Source of the DNA: the human T2T-CHM13v2.0 reference genome, Homo sapiens
Length of the DNA stretch: 64,000 nt
Assembly: GCF_009914755.1 (NCBI RefSeq)
Contig: NC_060925.1
Reading direction: 5' to 3' (one strand)
The translations under genes were made by a program, and so were the position numbers. The stretch's first letter is position 1. Each line of letters opens with the position of its first letter. The notes under the pieces were generated by a model. It did not search any database. It saw only the letters and a list, made by a program, of their open reading frames with translations, and was not told the DNA's origin. Below, one piece after another: positions 23,107 through 42,235 of this stretch.

Positions 23107-24428
23107 TACTTCCTTTTTATTTGGCTGAAAGTCTTTTACTTGATTATCTTTTGCCCGATGATTGATATCCTCCAGTGTGTAGAGTCCGTACTTTCCTATA
23201 TTGCTGTTTGGATCAGTTTGGTTTTTCTTGATTCTCTTTGTTTAAAAGCTGTCTTTTTTTTTTTTTTTTTTTTTTTGAGATGATTTCGCTCTGTCTCCCA
23301 GGCTGGATGGAGTCCAGTGGCGCGATCTCGGCTCACTGCAAGCTCCGCCTCCCGGGTTCACGCCACTCTCCTGCCTCAGCCTCCTGAGTAGCTGGGACTA
23401 CAGGCACCCGCCAGCACACCCGGCTAATTTTTTGTATTTTTATAGAGACGGGGTTTCACCGTGTTAACCAGGATGGTCTCGATCTCCTGATCTCGTGATC
23501 CGCCCACCTCGGCCTCCCAAAGTGCTGGGATTACAGGCGTGAGCCACTGCGCCTGGCCAAAAGCTTTCTTGTTTTTTGAGACAGGGTCTTAGTCTGTCAC
23601 CCAGGCTGGAGTACAGTGGCACAACCATGGTTTACTGCAGTCTTAAGCCCCTGGGCTCAGGTGATTCTCCCACCTCAGCCTCCTGAGTAGCTGTAACTAC
23701 AGATGTGCACCACCACACCCAGCTAGTTTTTATAGAAACTGGGTTTTGCTATGTTGCCCAGGCTGGCCTCAGACTCCTGGACTCAAGCAATCTGCCCACC
23801 TTAGCCTCCCAAAGTGCTAGGATTACAGGCATGAGCTACCACGCCCAGTCAAAATCTTACTATACAAGTAATAGCAAAGGGTATTTTTCCCCTCTGTGAA
23901 TCTGCTATACATGAATCTCTTATCTGATTTTTATGGTCTCCATTTCTTTTACTTTCTCTTTATAGGCTAATAAATAAGTTAGATGCTTAGCATCAGACTT
24001 GCTTGTAGTAGAGCTCTTGGGAAAGCACTATACCTTTCTCTTAAATTATTTCAAGCTTTCTTCACCCTCAGTAAGTCTGGGGCTGGCAGGCTAGTAGGGG
24101 CTGGCAGGCTAGTAGTAATGTCTATCTTCAATCTCTTTCAAAAACATACCTACCTAGGAAACACATTGCTCTTTTGTGATTTTGTAAGTTATCTTTCACT
24201 TTCTATTCAAAGTAAGAAAGCATTTTCCTTTGCAAGGCAGGTTTTCTTTAGAAAATCCAATATTCATCCTAGCTTACCTAAGAGTCTAGTTTTTAAAATA
24301 GGGACCTGCAGCCAAGAGGCTAGAATGTTAAAATAACAAGGTCTTTGTAGCTATTGAGTATGAGATATAGGATAGCTATAACTTTTTCGTTAAATTCACT
24401 GTTCTCACCTCTACTGGACTGTTTTTAG

Positions 24429-24560
24429 GTAGCATCACGCAGATTGCCATCTCAGAAGAGAGCATGGAAGAGGCAGGGCTGGAATGGAACTCAGCTCTCA
24501 CCGCTGCTGTCACCATGGCCACGGAGGAGGGTGTAAAGAAAGACTCAGAGGAAATTTCAG
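24429..24560 (+). CDS. GMEB1: GMEB1 exon 7: GSITQIAISEESMEEAGLEWNSALTAAVTMATEEGVKKDSEEIS
   Basis: Acceptor tttttag|GT, donor CAG|gtattc, 132 nt. Confidence 0.96.
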
Positions 24561-25541
24561 GTATTCTTCTATAGGGCTCAGATGTCTTGCAGGGTCTTGT
24601 GAGCCTTATCACCATTATCATTATGGACACGGAAGACCTCTTAATTACTTTCGCTGGATTTTCTCATGCACGTAAATACTAACTATAGCTACAAACATCC
24701 TACTTTAATCCATGCAATAGCCCTGCATAGTCACATTTTACATACAAAGAAATCAGAATTGGCCGGGCGCAGTGGCTGACGTCTGTAATTCCAGCACTTT
24801 GGGAGGCCAAGGCAGGTGGATCACAAGGTCAGGAGATCGAGACCATCCTGGCTAACACAGTGAAACCCCGTCTCTACTAAAAATACAAAAAAAAAATTAG
24901 CCGGGCGTGGTAGCAGGCGCCTGTAGTCCCAGCTACTCGGGAGCTTGCAGTGAGCCGAGATCGCGCCACTGCACTCCAGCCTGGGCGACTAAGCAAGACT
25001 CCATCTCAAAAAACAAAAAACAAAAAACAAGAAATCAGAATTTAGAAAGGTTCAGCAACTTGCCTAAGACCAGTCACAAACAAGTGTCAGAGCTGAATTT
25101 AGCTGTTTGACTATGTAGTCTATGCTTTTCTTCTGATCAGACTGCCTCCAACTTTGGCACATTTCTTAGATAGACTAAGTTTTGAGATATTAGAAGGAAA
25201 AAATAGGTGGCAAGTGTTGTAGAGCATGGTGATTAATGATGATTCACTTAGAGGGGACCAGGAGAGGCTTCACATCACCCTCCAATTATTTATTCATTTA
25301 ATAGGTATTTATTATTGCCTATTTTTAGTTGGCACTGTTGTTAGATGCTGGGTGCGTAGATGAAAAGACAGACCAGGTGCGGTGGCTCATGCCTGTAATC
25401 CTAGCACTTTGGGAGGCCAAGGTGGATGGATCACCTGAGGTCGGGAGTTCGAGGCCAGCCTGACCAACATGGAGAAACCCCGTCTCTACTAAAAATACAA
25501 AATTAGCCTGGTGTGCTAGTGCATGCCTGTAATCCCAGCTA

Positions 25542-25784
<243 letters not shown>

Positions 25785-26182
25785 TTAATATTTCATTTCT
25801 TTACTATTTAACTTTTATGATATTAAATATCTCGTTTTTAAATTAAATTAAAATTAAATAATATGTAATGTTAAATATGTTTAATGTTTAATATTTTTAT
25901 TGGAGGAAAATGACTATTCTTTGTAGTGAGAACTATGACAAATTGAGAGAATGACAAATTGAGGCAATCATCCCAAGCACCTATGCTGCTGAAGGGGCGA
26001 CATAATTGGGTGCCCACTCAGGGAAGCATCTAGTATTCCAAAGCTTATTCCCTTTTTTCAGGAATGGCCCAATAAGAAATCATTTTGAGTTAAAATAATT
26101 TTGAATTTAACGTTGTAGAGATTTGCCTAAGTATCTAGGTAGTGTCTCTTTTTTACCCTCTGTCTTATCCTTCTTGTGCCAG

Positions 26183-26320
26183 AGGACACTTTGATGTTCT
26201 GGAAAGGAATAGCTGATGTAGGGCTGATGGAAGAGGTTGTCTGCAATATACAGAAGGAAATAGAGGAGCTACTCAGGGGAGTTCAGCAGCGGCTCATCCA
26301 GGCTCCCTTCCAAGTCACAG
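26183..26320 (+). CDS. GMEB1: GMEB1 exon 8: EDTLMFWKGIADVGLMEEVVCNIQKEIEELLRGVQQRLIQAPFQVT
   Basis: Acceptor gtgccag|AG, donor CAG|gtaagt, 138 nt. Confidence 0.97.
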
Positions 26321-26349
26321 GTAAGTGCACTAATCCTAACAGTAGCAGT

Positions 26350-26520
26350 GATTTATTGAATACTCACCTCCGTAGGCAGGTCCTGTAAGCCTTGCAAAAA
26401 CCCTGATGTATAGGTATTATTATCTTAATTTTACAGATAAGGAAACTAAGGCTCATATAAGTTAAGTCACTTGTCTAAGGTTCATAACTAGGTTTTGAAC
26501 TCAGATCTGGCCATGCTTTT
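26350..26520 (-). mobile_element. MIR element
   Basis: MIR core attttacagataaggaaactaaggctca...gttaagtcacttgtctaagg. Confidence 0.8.
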
Positions 26521-27607
26521 CCACAGGTAATTTTTGTCTTTATAAATGGTGCCAGTAGTCTGGGCAACATAGTGAGATGCTTTGTCTCCACAAAAAAAAT
26601 TTTTTTTTTTTTTTGAGACGGAGTCTCGCTCTATCGCCTAGACTGGAGTGTAGTAGCGCAATCTCAGCTCACTGCAACCTCCGCCTCCTGGGTTTTAAGC
26701 AATTCTCTCTGCCTCAGCCTCCTGAGTAGCTGGGATTACAGGCGCCCACCACCACATCCGGCTAATTTTTGTATTTTTAGTAGAGACAGGGTTTTGCCAT
26801 GTTGGCCAGGCTGGTCATGAACTCCTGACCTCAGGTGATCCCCCCGCCTCGGCCTCCCAAAGTGCTGGGATTACAGGCATGAGCCACCGCTCCCAGCCTA
26901 CAAAAAACTTTCTAAACATTAGTCAGGTATGGTTGGTAGTGGGTGCCTGTAGTCCCAGCTACTTGGGAAGCTGAGGCATAGGAGAATCACTTGAGCCCAG
27001 CAGTTTGATGCTGCAGTGAGCTATGATCATAGGACTCTACTCCAGCCTGGGTGACAGAGCAAGACCTTGTCTCAAAAAAAAAAAAAAAAAAAACACAGGC
27101 CAGGTGCGGTAGCTCACGCCTGTAATCCCAGTACATTAGGAGGCCGAGACCGGCGGATTACTTGAGGTCAGGAGTTCGAGACCAGCCTGGCCAACATGGT
27201 GAAAACCTGTCTCCACTAAAAATATGAAAAAAAAAAAATTAGCTGGGTATGGTGCACATCTGTAATCCCAGCTACTTGAGAGGTTGTGGCACGAGAATTG
27301 CTGAACCCAAGAGGTGGAGGTTTGCAGTGAGCCAAGGTTATGCCACTGCCCACCAGTCTGGGTGATAGAGAACAAGACTCCATCTAAAAAAAAAACTGAC
27401 AGAAAGCATCCTCTCTCGCGCGATATATGTATTTTCTTTTTTTTTTTTTTTTTTTCCTGAGACGGAGTTTCACTCAGTCACCCAGGCTGGAGTGCAGTGG
27501 CGTGATCTCAGCTAACTGCAACCTCCACCTCCTGAGTTCAAGCGATTCTCCTGCCTTAGACTCCTGAGTAGCTGGGATTACAGGCGCATGCCACCACACC
27601 CAGCTAA

Positions 27608-27805
<198 letters not shown>

Positions 27806-27863
27806 TAGAGAAAGAGTCTGAAAATTGGAGAAATCCACTTGTTTTTAGATTATTCTCATATTC

Positions 27864-28227
<364 letters not shown>

Positions 28228-28484
28228 TTACAGCTGTTTCTGAATACTTTCAGGGTGCTGCTGTGCAGAATGTAAAATGACGTTCTAATCTAATAGAAAT
28301 GGGGTTATGGGCCAGGCGTTGTGGCTCACGCCTGTAATCCCAGCACTTTGGGAGGCTAAGGCAGGTGGATCACCTGAGATCAGGAAGTCAAGACCAGCCT
28401 GGCCAGCATGGTGAAACCCTGTCTCTACAAAAATACAAAAATCCGCGAGGCATGATGGCGGGTGCCTGTAATCCCAGCTACTCA

Positions 28485-28646
<162 letters not shown>

Positions 28647-28670
28647 TTATTTATTTATTTATTTATTTAG

Positions 28671-28775
<105 letters not shown>

Positions 28776-28991
28776 TGACTAGCTGGAATTACAGGCAAAT
28801 ACCACCATGCCTGGCTAGGTTTTTTGTATTTTTAGTAGAGATGGGGTTTCACCATGTTGGCCAGGCTCGTCCTGAATTCCTGACCTCCGGTAATCCACCT
28901 GTTTTGGCCTCCAAAAGTGCTGGGATTACAGGCGTGAGCCACCATGCCTGTCCTCCAGATTTGGGTTTTTTTTTTTTTTTTTTTTTTTTGA

Positions 28992-29174
<183 letters not shown>

Positions 29175-29312
29175 TAGCCAGCATGGTCTAGATCTCCTGA
29201 CTTCATGATCTGCCCGCCTCGGCCTCCCAAAGTGCTGGGATTACAGGCGCGAGCCACTGTGCCTGTAAAATTTTAAGAGATTTAAAATTTTAAATCTCTT
29301 AAAAATTTGTAT

Positions 29313-30356
<1,044 letters not shown>

Positions 30357-30467
30357 TAGCCAGGATGGTCTCGATCTCCTGACCTCGTGATCCACCCACC
30401 TCGGCCTCCCAAAGTGCTGGGATTACAGGCATGAGCCACCGTGCCTGGCCCAATTTTGTTTTTTTGA

Positions 30468-31351
<884 letters not shown>

Positions 31352-31917
31352 TTAAAATATATTTCTAATCTTCATGTCTATTTTGCAGAGTAAGTGTTAT
31401 TAATCCCATTCATTTTAGATGAGAAAAGTGAAGAGTGAAATGACTTACCAAAGGTTGCACATATGGGAAATAGCAAAACTGAGATGAACGTTAACTCTAT
31501 CTAGTACAGGGACCATGTTTTCAAAACCTAAAGTCAGAACTATAAACAGATGCAAGATATTAAAAAAAAAAAATTTTTTTGAGATGGAGTCTGGCCCTGT
31601 CTTCCAGGCTGGAGTGCAGTGGCACGATCTTGGTTCACTGTAACGTCTGCCTCCTGGGTTCAAGTAATTCTCCTGCCTCAGCTGCCTCCCATGTAGCTGG
31701 GATTACAGGCACATGCCACCACACCGAGCTAATTTTATTTATTTATTTATTTATGATTATTATTATTTTTTACCCAGCTAATTTTTGTATTTTTGTTAGA
31801 GACTGGGATTACAAATGTGAGCCACCGCTCCTGGCCTTAAAATTTTTTCAAATTGGCCGGGCGCGGTGGCTTGTGCCTGTAATCTCAGCACTTTGGGAGG
31901 CTGAGGTGGGTGGATCA

Positions 31918-32377
<460 letters not shown>

Positions 32378-32507
32378 TAAAAATGTGTTAAAATGCAGTT
32401 AGGAGAGTCCCATAATTTCTGGTTGTTTCATATTTATAAACAGCACAATGGAGAGTGGTGGAACATATCTGTTTTAACTGGACAGGCATGTCTTTTGTTT
32501 TAAATAG

Positions 32508-32630
32508 ATGCTGCTGTTCTCAACAATGTAGCACACACATTTGGCCTAATGGACACAGTCAAGAAGGTTTTAGACAACAGAAGGAACCAAGTAGAGCAGG
32601 GAGAAGAACAGTTTCTCTATACTCTGACAG
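32508..32630 (+). CDS. GMEB1: GMEB1 exon 9: DAAVLNNVAHTFGLMDTVKKVLDNRRNQVEQGEEQFLYTLT
   Basis: Acceptor aaatag|AT, donor CAG|gtatgt, 123 nt. Confidence 0.97.
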
Positions 32631-33577
32631 GTATGTATAAGTTATCGCTCTTCTTCGGTGATATCATGCTAATATTCTTGTCTTCCCATTTTCTTGTTGA
32701 CTTTTGTTGGGGTAACTTTTTTTTTTTTTAAATAGTATCAGATTTTGCTTTTAAAAATAAAAAAAAAAGCCGCAGATGAGGTGGATTGATGAGAAACAAA
32801 AGAGGCACAAAGGAAAAAAAAAGGAAGCTGCCATCATAGTCCCCCTTCTGTGTCTTGTGGAGGATTAAGATGTCTCTTAGATTGCTCCATTAATTCAATA
32901 ACATTGGTGGCAGAAGACACAAATTGGTCTTTGTCTTTTTTACATTATTGATACTGCATCTTTTGATAGATATAAATTTAGCACTTTCTCCATTATTTGT
33001 GGTAATCAGAAATTTTGTGTAATCCCAGCACTTTGGGAGACTGAGGCAGACAGATCACGAGGTCAAGAGATTGAGACAATCCTGGCCAACATGGTGAAAC
33101 CCTGTCTCTACTAAAAATACAAAAATTACCTGGATGTGGTGGCGCGTGCCTGTAGCCCCAGCTACTCGGGAGGCTGAGGCAGGAGAAGGGCGTGAACCCG
33201 GGAGGCGGAGGTTTCAGTGAACCAAAATAGTGCCATTGTACTCCATCCTGAGGGACAAGAACGAGACTCGGTCTCAAAAAAAAAAAAAGAAAAAAAAAAC
33301 CTTTAAACCGTCAGAAAACTGGTTTTTGTTAGAAATACAGGCTTTTGGTCCCTTGTGTGTATTATTTCTTCAGATATTTTTAATCATTGTATACATAAAG
33401 TTTTGTTTTCTGCTTTTTTTCACCATGACATATTTTTCTTTTTGTTTGTTTATTTGTTTTTGAGACAGGGTCTCACTCTGTCACTGAGGCTGGAGTGCAG
33501 TGGCACAATCACGGCTCACTGCAACTTTGACCTTCCCCGAGCTCAGGGTGACCCTCCCACCTCAGCCTCCTGAATAG

Positions 33578-33748
<171 letters not shown>

Positions 33749-33764
33749 TAGTATTTTTCAAGTT

Positions 33765-35266
<1,502 letters not shown>

Positions 35267-35754
35267 CATAGGGAGCAAAGTGCTCTACAAGTGTAATTGA
35301 TTCTTTCTTGGGTGCTTATCAGGTACTAAGTAATAGGTTCCATTGTAGAAGCCAACTTACCAGTGGTCACCTAGGGTTGGACTGGTCACTTGGGAGAGGG
35401 ATAGTGATAGGCGTACTATAATGCAAAAGCAACCAAGTTGACCATTGTCCTGGCCCAATCTTCATAACCTTAAATTAGTCATTTTCCCTCTCTGGATCCC
35501 TGTCAAAATGAATTTGTTTGAGCTCTTAAGACCTCTTTTAGTTCTGTAATTTTTAGGGACTTCTTCTATAACTTTCTGTAGACCTTCCTAGGCAACAATT
35601 GTAAACTGTGGCTGTTTGAGTCACCAGCAAAGGAGTTTTCCAGCCAATGCAGCAAGGCATTCTTGCCTTGAAGGATAGTTTGAAAATCACTGTTTTTTGG
35701 AGTGGCCATTGTAGCTCCTTTGTAGGTGCATGAGAGTTCCAAGGGACTGTGCCA

Positions 35755-35912
35755 GCTGGGTGCACTGGCTTATGCCTGTAATCCCAACACTTTGGGAAGG
35801 TGAGGTGGGTGGATCGCTTGAGGCCAGAAGTTCGAGGCTATAGTGCGCAATGATAGCACCTGTGAATAGCCACTACCCTCCAGCCTAGGCAACATAACAA
35901 GACTCTGCCCCC
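35755..35912 (+). mobile_element. FAM-like fossil Alu monomer (7SL-derived)
   Basis: Monomer that retains the 7SL-type tagtgcgcaatgat..cacctgtgaatagccact segment absent from dimeric Alus. Confidence 0.7.
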
Positions 35913-36063
35913 CAAATAAGCACAAGAAAGAAAACAATGTCACAACTTGCCTGAAGCTACTTAGTAACAAAACCAGACAGAGACACCAGGTCTCCTGACT
36001 CTCAGTTTAATGCTCCCAAGATTTTACTTCCCTCTACACAAAGTCTTTTCTTTTTTTCCATAG

Positions 36064-36764
36064 ACTTGGAACGCCAGTTGGAGGAGCAGAAGAAGCAAGG
36101 CCAGGATCACAGGCTGAAATCTCAGACAGTTCAAAATGTGGTACTGATGCCTGTGAGCACTCCTAAGCCTCCAAAAAGGCCCCGGCTCCAGCGGCCAGCC
36201 TCCACCACTGTCTTGAGCCCTTCTCCTCCTGTCCAGCAGCCTCAGTTCACAGTCATCTCACCCATCACCATCACCCCAGTGGGTCAGTCATTTTCCATGG
36301 GCAATATTCCAGTGGCCACCCTCAGCCAGGGCTCCAGTCCTGTGACTGTCCACACACTGCCTTCTGGCCCTCAGCTCTTCCGCTATGCCACAGTGGTCTC
36401 CTCTGCCAAGAGCAGCTCACCAGACACAGTGACCATCCACCCTTCATCTAGCTTGGCGCTGCTGAGCTCTACTGCCATGCAGGATGGGAGTACACTGGGC
36501 AACATGACCACCATGGTTAGCCCTGTGGAATTGGTGGCCATGGAGTCCGGCCTAACCTCGGCAATTCAGGCTGTTGAAAGCACCTCAGAGGATGGGCAGA
36601 CCATCATTGAGATTGATCCAGCCCCGGACCCAGAAGCTGAAGATACTGAGGGCAAAGCAGTCATCTTGGAGACAGAGCTGAGGACTGAGGAGAAAGTTGT
36701 GGCTGAGATGGAAGAACACCAGCATCAAGTTCACAATGTGGAGATTGTGGTCTTAGAGGATTAA
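36064..36764 (+). CDS. GMEB1: GMEB1 last exon, coding part: DLERQLEEQKKQ...PKPPKRPRL...VEIVVLED* (coiled coil, basic NLS-like motif, S/T/P-rich region, acidic C-terminus)
   Basis: Acceptor ttttccatag|AC. This is the 232-aa ORF in the track. Stop TAA at 36762-36764. Confidence 0.98.
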
Positions 36765-37307
36765 CTGGGGATCTCAGGGCCAGGAGTTATGTTTTGATTT
36801 GGAATTTTAATTATTTGTTTATTTTTATCATTGTCCCACTCATTTCCACATAGGACCCTTTTTTAAAAAAAAAAAAACAAAATCTTATTGTTGTAACTGA
36901 AAATGTTGGGTTCTTCCCACTCCCTCATTGAAAAATGGACAAAACAAGCTGCCCTTCCAGAAGTTGAGAGTAGGTCATTCAATGTCCTAATCATCTTACA
37001 CCAAGAAAGTAATTTCTTTTAGGGGAAGTGTCAAGATAACAAGTAACCCTGTCCAGAAAGCCATTTCCAGGCTCGTCTGTGTGTGTAGGCATGTGGTTTT
37101 ATTCTTGTAAAGATGCATTGACCAAACTCTGGAACACAGATCTGACACTGGAAGGCAACCCACTCGCATGTGGATGCTGAAGGGCACTTTATTTTGTATC
37201 CTGAAAAGGGCCTACAGAGGCCAGTACAAAACTCTCAAACAAAAGGAAGTTGACTCTGCTTTGAGGGGAAGGTGGCATGCCAGCACTAGCTTAAAAAGGG
37301 AAGTGCT

Positions 37308-37614
<307 letters not shown>

Positions 37615-37694
37615 GTGCTTTGGCAAGTATGGGGCAGGGAAATCATCTTACTTCCAGAGGTGCAACTGACGCCTCTGGAGATCTCCAAAAGTTA

Positions 37695-38154
<460 letters not shown>

Positions 38155-38991
38155 TTACCTTGTTCCACACTTTGTCAAAGCACTCACCCTCCTAAGCTAG
38201 GACCAGTCCATTCATTTGAAACTGTGCAATGTGATGTAAATGGCTCTGGTTCTTAGACTGTGGCTGTCACAGGGATGGGGCTCCAAGGCCATCATTTTCA
38301 TTGCATGGCTCCAAGAGCAGGGAGTTCCTCAATGAAACCAGCTGCCTTTTTTGGTGGGGCCATTTTTTTGGCTTTGGAACCCAAAGCAGCCACTCATTTG
38401 GTGCTTCCTCTTGTTCTGCCCTCCATCCCTCAACTCTTAATGGCATCTGTCTCCTAGAACCCACGCTCTTCAGCTTTTTGGCTGATTTGGAGAACAGTGA
38501 CAGGTGCCTGCCTGCCTTCGTCCCCTTTTAGATTCATTTATACCACAGATGTTTCTGTGAGATACTGAGATCATAAAAAGCTTTAGGCTTGGCAGAGAGG
38601 ACTCAACACCCCCAGGCTTTCCTGAGGCACCAACTAGATGTCTCTTGAGTGAGCTGGACTCCCTGGGAAAGAAGCATTGTCTGCAACATTATATTATAGG
38701 AAATGTACCAGGAATGTCAATAATAATGCTTTGGGGGGGGGGGTTATTTTGTTTTGTTTTGTTTTTAATGTTGTTTGTATATTTAGAGCTGGGCCATTTT
38801 CCGTGCTGCGATTTCTTCTCTTTGACCCTCTTCAGTGTTTGGGGCAAGAGTGGACCCTGGTTTTTATTTCTTTGATTGCATTGTTTACTGCACTAGGAAA
38901 AATATAGAGATACAGGGAAACTACAGACAAATTTAAGGAAAAATAGGTCAAAAAAGAAAGCACACACCTTAAGAGTGGGAGGAATATTTTT

Positions 38992-38997
38992 ATTAAA
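38992..38997 (+). terminator. Candidate proximal polyadenylation signal ATTAAA
   Basis: ATTAAA with a long U-rich tract about 20 nt downstream (39018-39041), the usual downstream element. Confidence 0.6.
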
Positions 38998-39176
38998 AAC
39001 AAAACTTGGACCTGTAGTTTTTTTTTTTCTTTTTTATTTTTAAGAAGGCACCTTTCAGAAGCCATGTTTCTTCCAACAGATGTTGGAAACCCCATCGAGC
39101 AAGTAAAAGTTGCATTCTCCATCCCTCAGATGGCTGTATGTAGTCAAAGAAACCCTGTAACATGGTAAGGTTGCTG

Positions 39177-39481
39177 TTTTTTTTTTTTTTTTTCTTTTTG
39201 AGATGGAGTCTTGCTCTGTAGCCCAGGCTGGAGTGCAATGGTGTGATCTCAGCTCACTGCAACCTCCGCCTCCTTGGTTCAAGTGATTCTCCTGCCTCAG
39301 CCTCCTGAGTAGCTGGGATTACAGGCTCCCACCACCACGCCCGGGTAATTTTTGTATTTTTAGTAGAGACGGGGTTTTGCCATGTTGGCCAGGCTGGTCT
39401 TGAACTCCTGACCTCAAGCGATCCGCCCGCCTTGGCCTCCCAAAGTGTTGGGATTACAGGCATGAGCCACCGCACCCAGCC
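39177..39481 (-). mobile_element. Antisense AluS in the extended GMEB1 3'UTR
   Basis: T tail followed by a full reverse-complement dimer. Confidence 0.93.
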
Positions 39482-40310
39482 TGAAGGTGACTCTTAAGAA
39501 TGAGATTTATGAACTCCATACAGTTGTAGATTTCAGTTTTTAAATAGTCTGGGGTTTTATTTTTCTTTTCAAAATATCTAATAGACTTAGCAATCAATTT
39601 AGAACAAATATTTGGCCCTTAATATATCTTTAGTGAGGGAAGTAGCTTTTATTTCCTGCTTGTTTAGGTTTTCTGTTGGTACATAAAAACAAAATTGCTG
39701 TCTCAGACTGAATCTACTTGAATCTAGGAAGGCACATCTCATCCCTATTGTGGTTTTTAGGGACACTTTTCTCTTTCCCAGAGATGAGAGGACCAATTCA
39801 GGACAGAAGAGCCCTCGTGAATACCAACGTGCTAGCTCAGGTTCCCTTCTTTCCTCCATCAGAGCTATTGGTAGGGTTTTAAGGTCGTGTGTGCATCATG
39901 CTTCCAATGTCAAGAGATTTCCTCAAACAGCCTGTTTACTAGATGAATTTTCCAGCTGGTGAAATACATGAGCTTTGTTGTTTTCCTGGTCTTCCAATAG
40001 CCTGTCATTATTGTTAGATATTATGGCACCTGTTGTTGAATGTAGGTTCCCTTACAGCCCTGGTCTAGATGATCCTAGATGGGGTGAGACATATGCAAGC
40101 CATTGGTATGTGCATAAGCAGTTGCAATGAACCTTAGGCTGACTTGGTAGTAGGCATTTGTCTTTCTGTTCATGCATTGAATAAACATTTTTAAGAACCA
40201 TCTATGTGCCAGGCTTTGTGCTAGGCACTGACAGTAGAGAGATGAAGACATAGTCCTTGCACTTAAGGAATTCATACTCCAGATGTCTGGAGTTAAGAAA
40301 TACATATTTC

Positions 40311-40598
40311 AGCCAGGCATGGTGGCTCACACCTAGAATCCCAGCACTTTCAGAAGCTGAGGCAGAATTGCTTGAGGCCAAGAGTTTAAGACTAGCCTGG
40401 TCAACATAGCCAGACCCCATCTCTACAAAAAAATGTAAAAATTAGTCAAGTCTTGTGGCTCGCACTTGTAGACACAATTACTCAGGATGCTGAGGCAAGA
40501 GGATTTTGCTTGGGCCTAGGAGTTCAAGGCTGTAGTGAGCTATGACTTTGCCACTGTACTCTAGCCCAGGTAACAGGGCAACATCCCCAGCTCAGAAA
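40311..40598 (+). mobile_element. Diverged sense AluJ-type element in the extended 3'UTR
   Basis: AluJ features (ttgaggccaagagtt, ctagg agttcaaggctgtagtgagctatga), heavily CpG-decayed. Confidence 0.85.
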
Positions 40599-41318
40599 AC
40601 CAGAACTACACATTTCATTATAATTGTTTTTTTTTGTAATTTTATGTATTTTATGCATTGAAAAACATTATTTAAGAATTGGTTCATAGGTTTCAGCAGA
40701 CTGCCAAAGGCACAAACAAGCAGCTCTCCTTTACTGAGGTACTGAAACAGATCCTACTGCGTAAGTGCTGTGTGTGATAGGGCTATTGGCTAGGAGCTGA
40801 GAGAACAAAGCATGAAGTGCCTAACCCAGCTTAGCGGTGTAGAGGTGGGGTCAGCAAATAAGGGAGATCTTCCTGGAGAAGGCATATACCTAAGCTGATT
40901 TAGGAGAGACCACTTTTGGCTAGGTTTATTGTACTACTTGATTTTCAAGTAATTGGGCTTATTTATTCTAGAGAAAAAGTCTTCAGTCTCTTGCTTCTGC
41001 CTGCAAAGCAAGGCAGAGTCAGCAACATGGGCAGTCTCCCCACTGGAGAACGCTGAGTCATGCATGGGCTTCTCCAAGTTTCCATCAGATGGGATCCAGT
41101 GTTGAATCCAGTGCAGGACTGGAGTCTAGCTGGCAAAGGGTAAATGCCCCCAAAGCCTTCCTGCCATATGGTTTCCACGAAGGCCTGAGAGTCAGCTGTA
41201 CAACTGTCTTGTCTTGGCCATGTCCCTGTTTGGTCCCTGCCTTGTTCTCTTCCCTTTCTCAATTTCCAAGCTCCACCCACTCCTAAAAACACCAGTCATT
41301 CTGAAGTAAAAAATGGAC

Positions 41319-41324
41319 AATAAA
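41319..41324 (+). terminator. Candidate distal polyadenylation signal AATAAA
   Basis: Canonical hexamer in non-repeat sequence. CA dinucleotides 11-20 nt downstream, then a U/GU-rich stretch (ggttcttttg, ctctgtcctt). Confidence 0.65.
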
Positions 41325-41900
41325 CATGAATATTCAAGATTCAAAGCCACTTCATATGAAGGTTCTTTTGCACCTCTGTCCTTATTAGGGAAGGAGGACC
41401 AATGTTAATCCAAACATCTGGAAAATTAATATTCAGTTCAGGTGGTTCTGACACCCACTAGTGGTAGCATTTTATCCCATTTCATGAAAGGCATTAAAGG
41501 TAAGACTATGGTGGAGAGTGTTGATTATAAAGATAGTAAAAGTCAAGCATGAAATGTGGAATTAGTAGTTGAGTTATAGCATCCAGGTTTTAGTACTATC
41601 AGAGAGGTGGAAAGGACAAAGGAAAGGTTGAATTCTGAAAATCGGCATGAGGTTGTGATTCACCTTGGGCAGTTTGAGGAACTCGTCCTCTCTGAGACAT
41701 AATGTCATACACTAGCCTAGCTCCTGCATTTTGAGACAACTTTCCTAGTACAATTGATCACTTCCCTGGAGGTGCAGCACATCCCTTACTCCAGGTTAGT
41801 TCCTCCCTGGGAAATCCTCCCTGGGAAATTTTTGTGTAGTCTGAAATGTGCTGCCATAACAACCAAGGTTGTCAAGGACCTCAAGGGTGTGGTGTAGTTA

Positions 41901-42235
<335 letters not shown>

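Noticed and set aside
36066-36764. 232-aa ORF as a stand-alone gene
   Set aside because: It starts at TTG just after a splice acceptor and is the last GMEB1 exon.
36865-36882. A-rich run 100 nt after the GMEB1 stop as a transcript end
   Set aside because: It is a genomic A run with no upstream hexamer; any cDNA end here is likely internal oligo-dT priming.
40180-40185. AATAAA in the 3'UTR
   Set aside because: It lies in an antisense L2 3'-end remnant with no convincing downstream U/GU element; weaker than 38992 and 41319.
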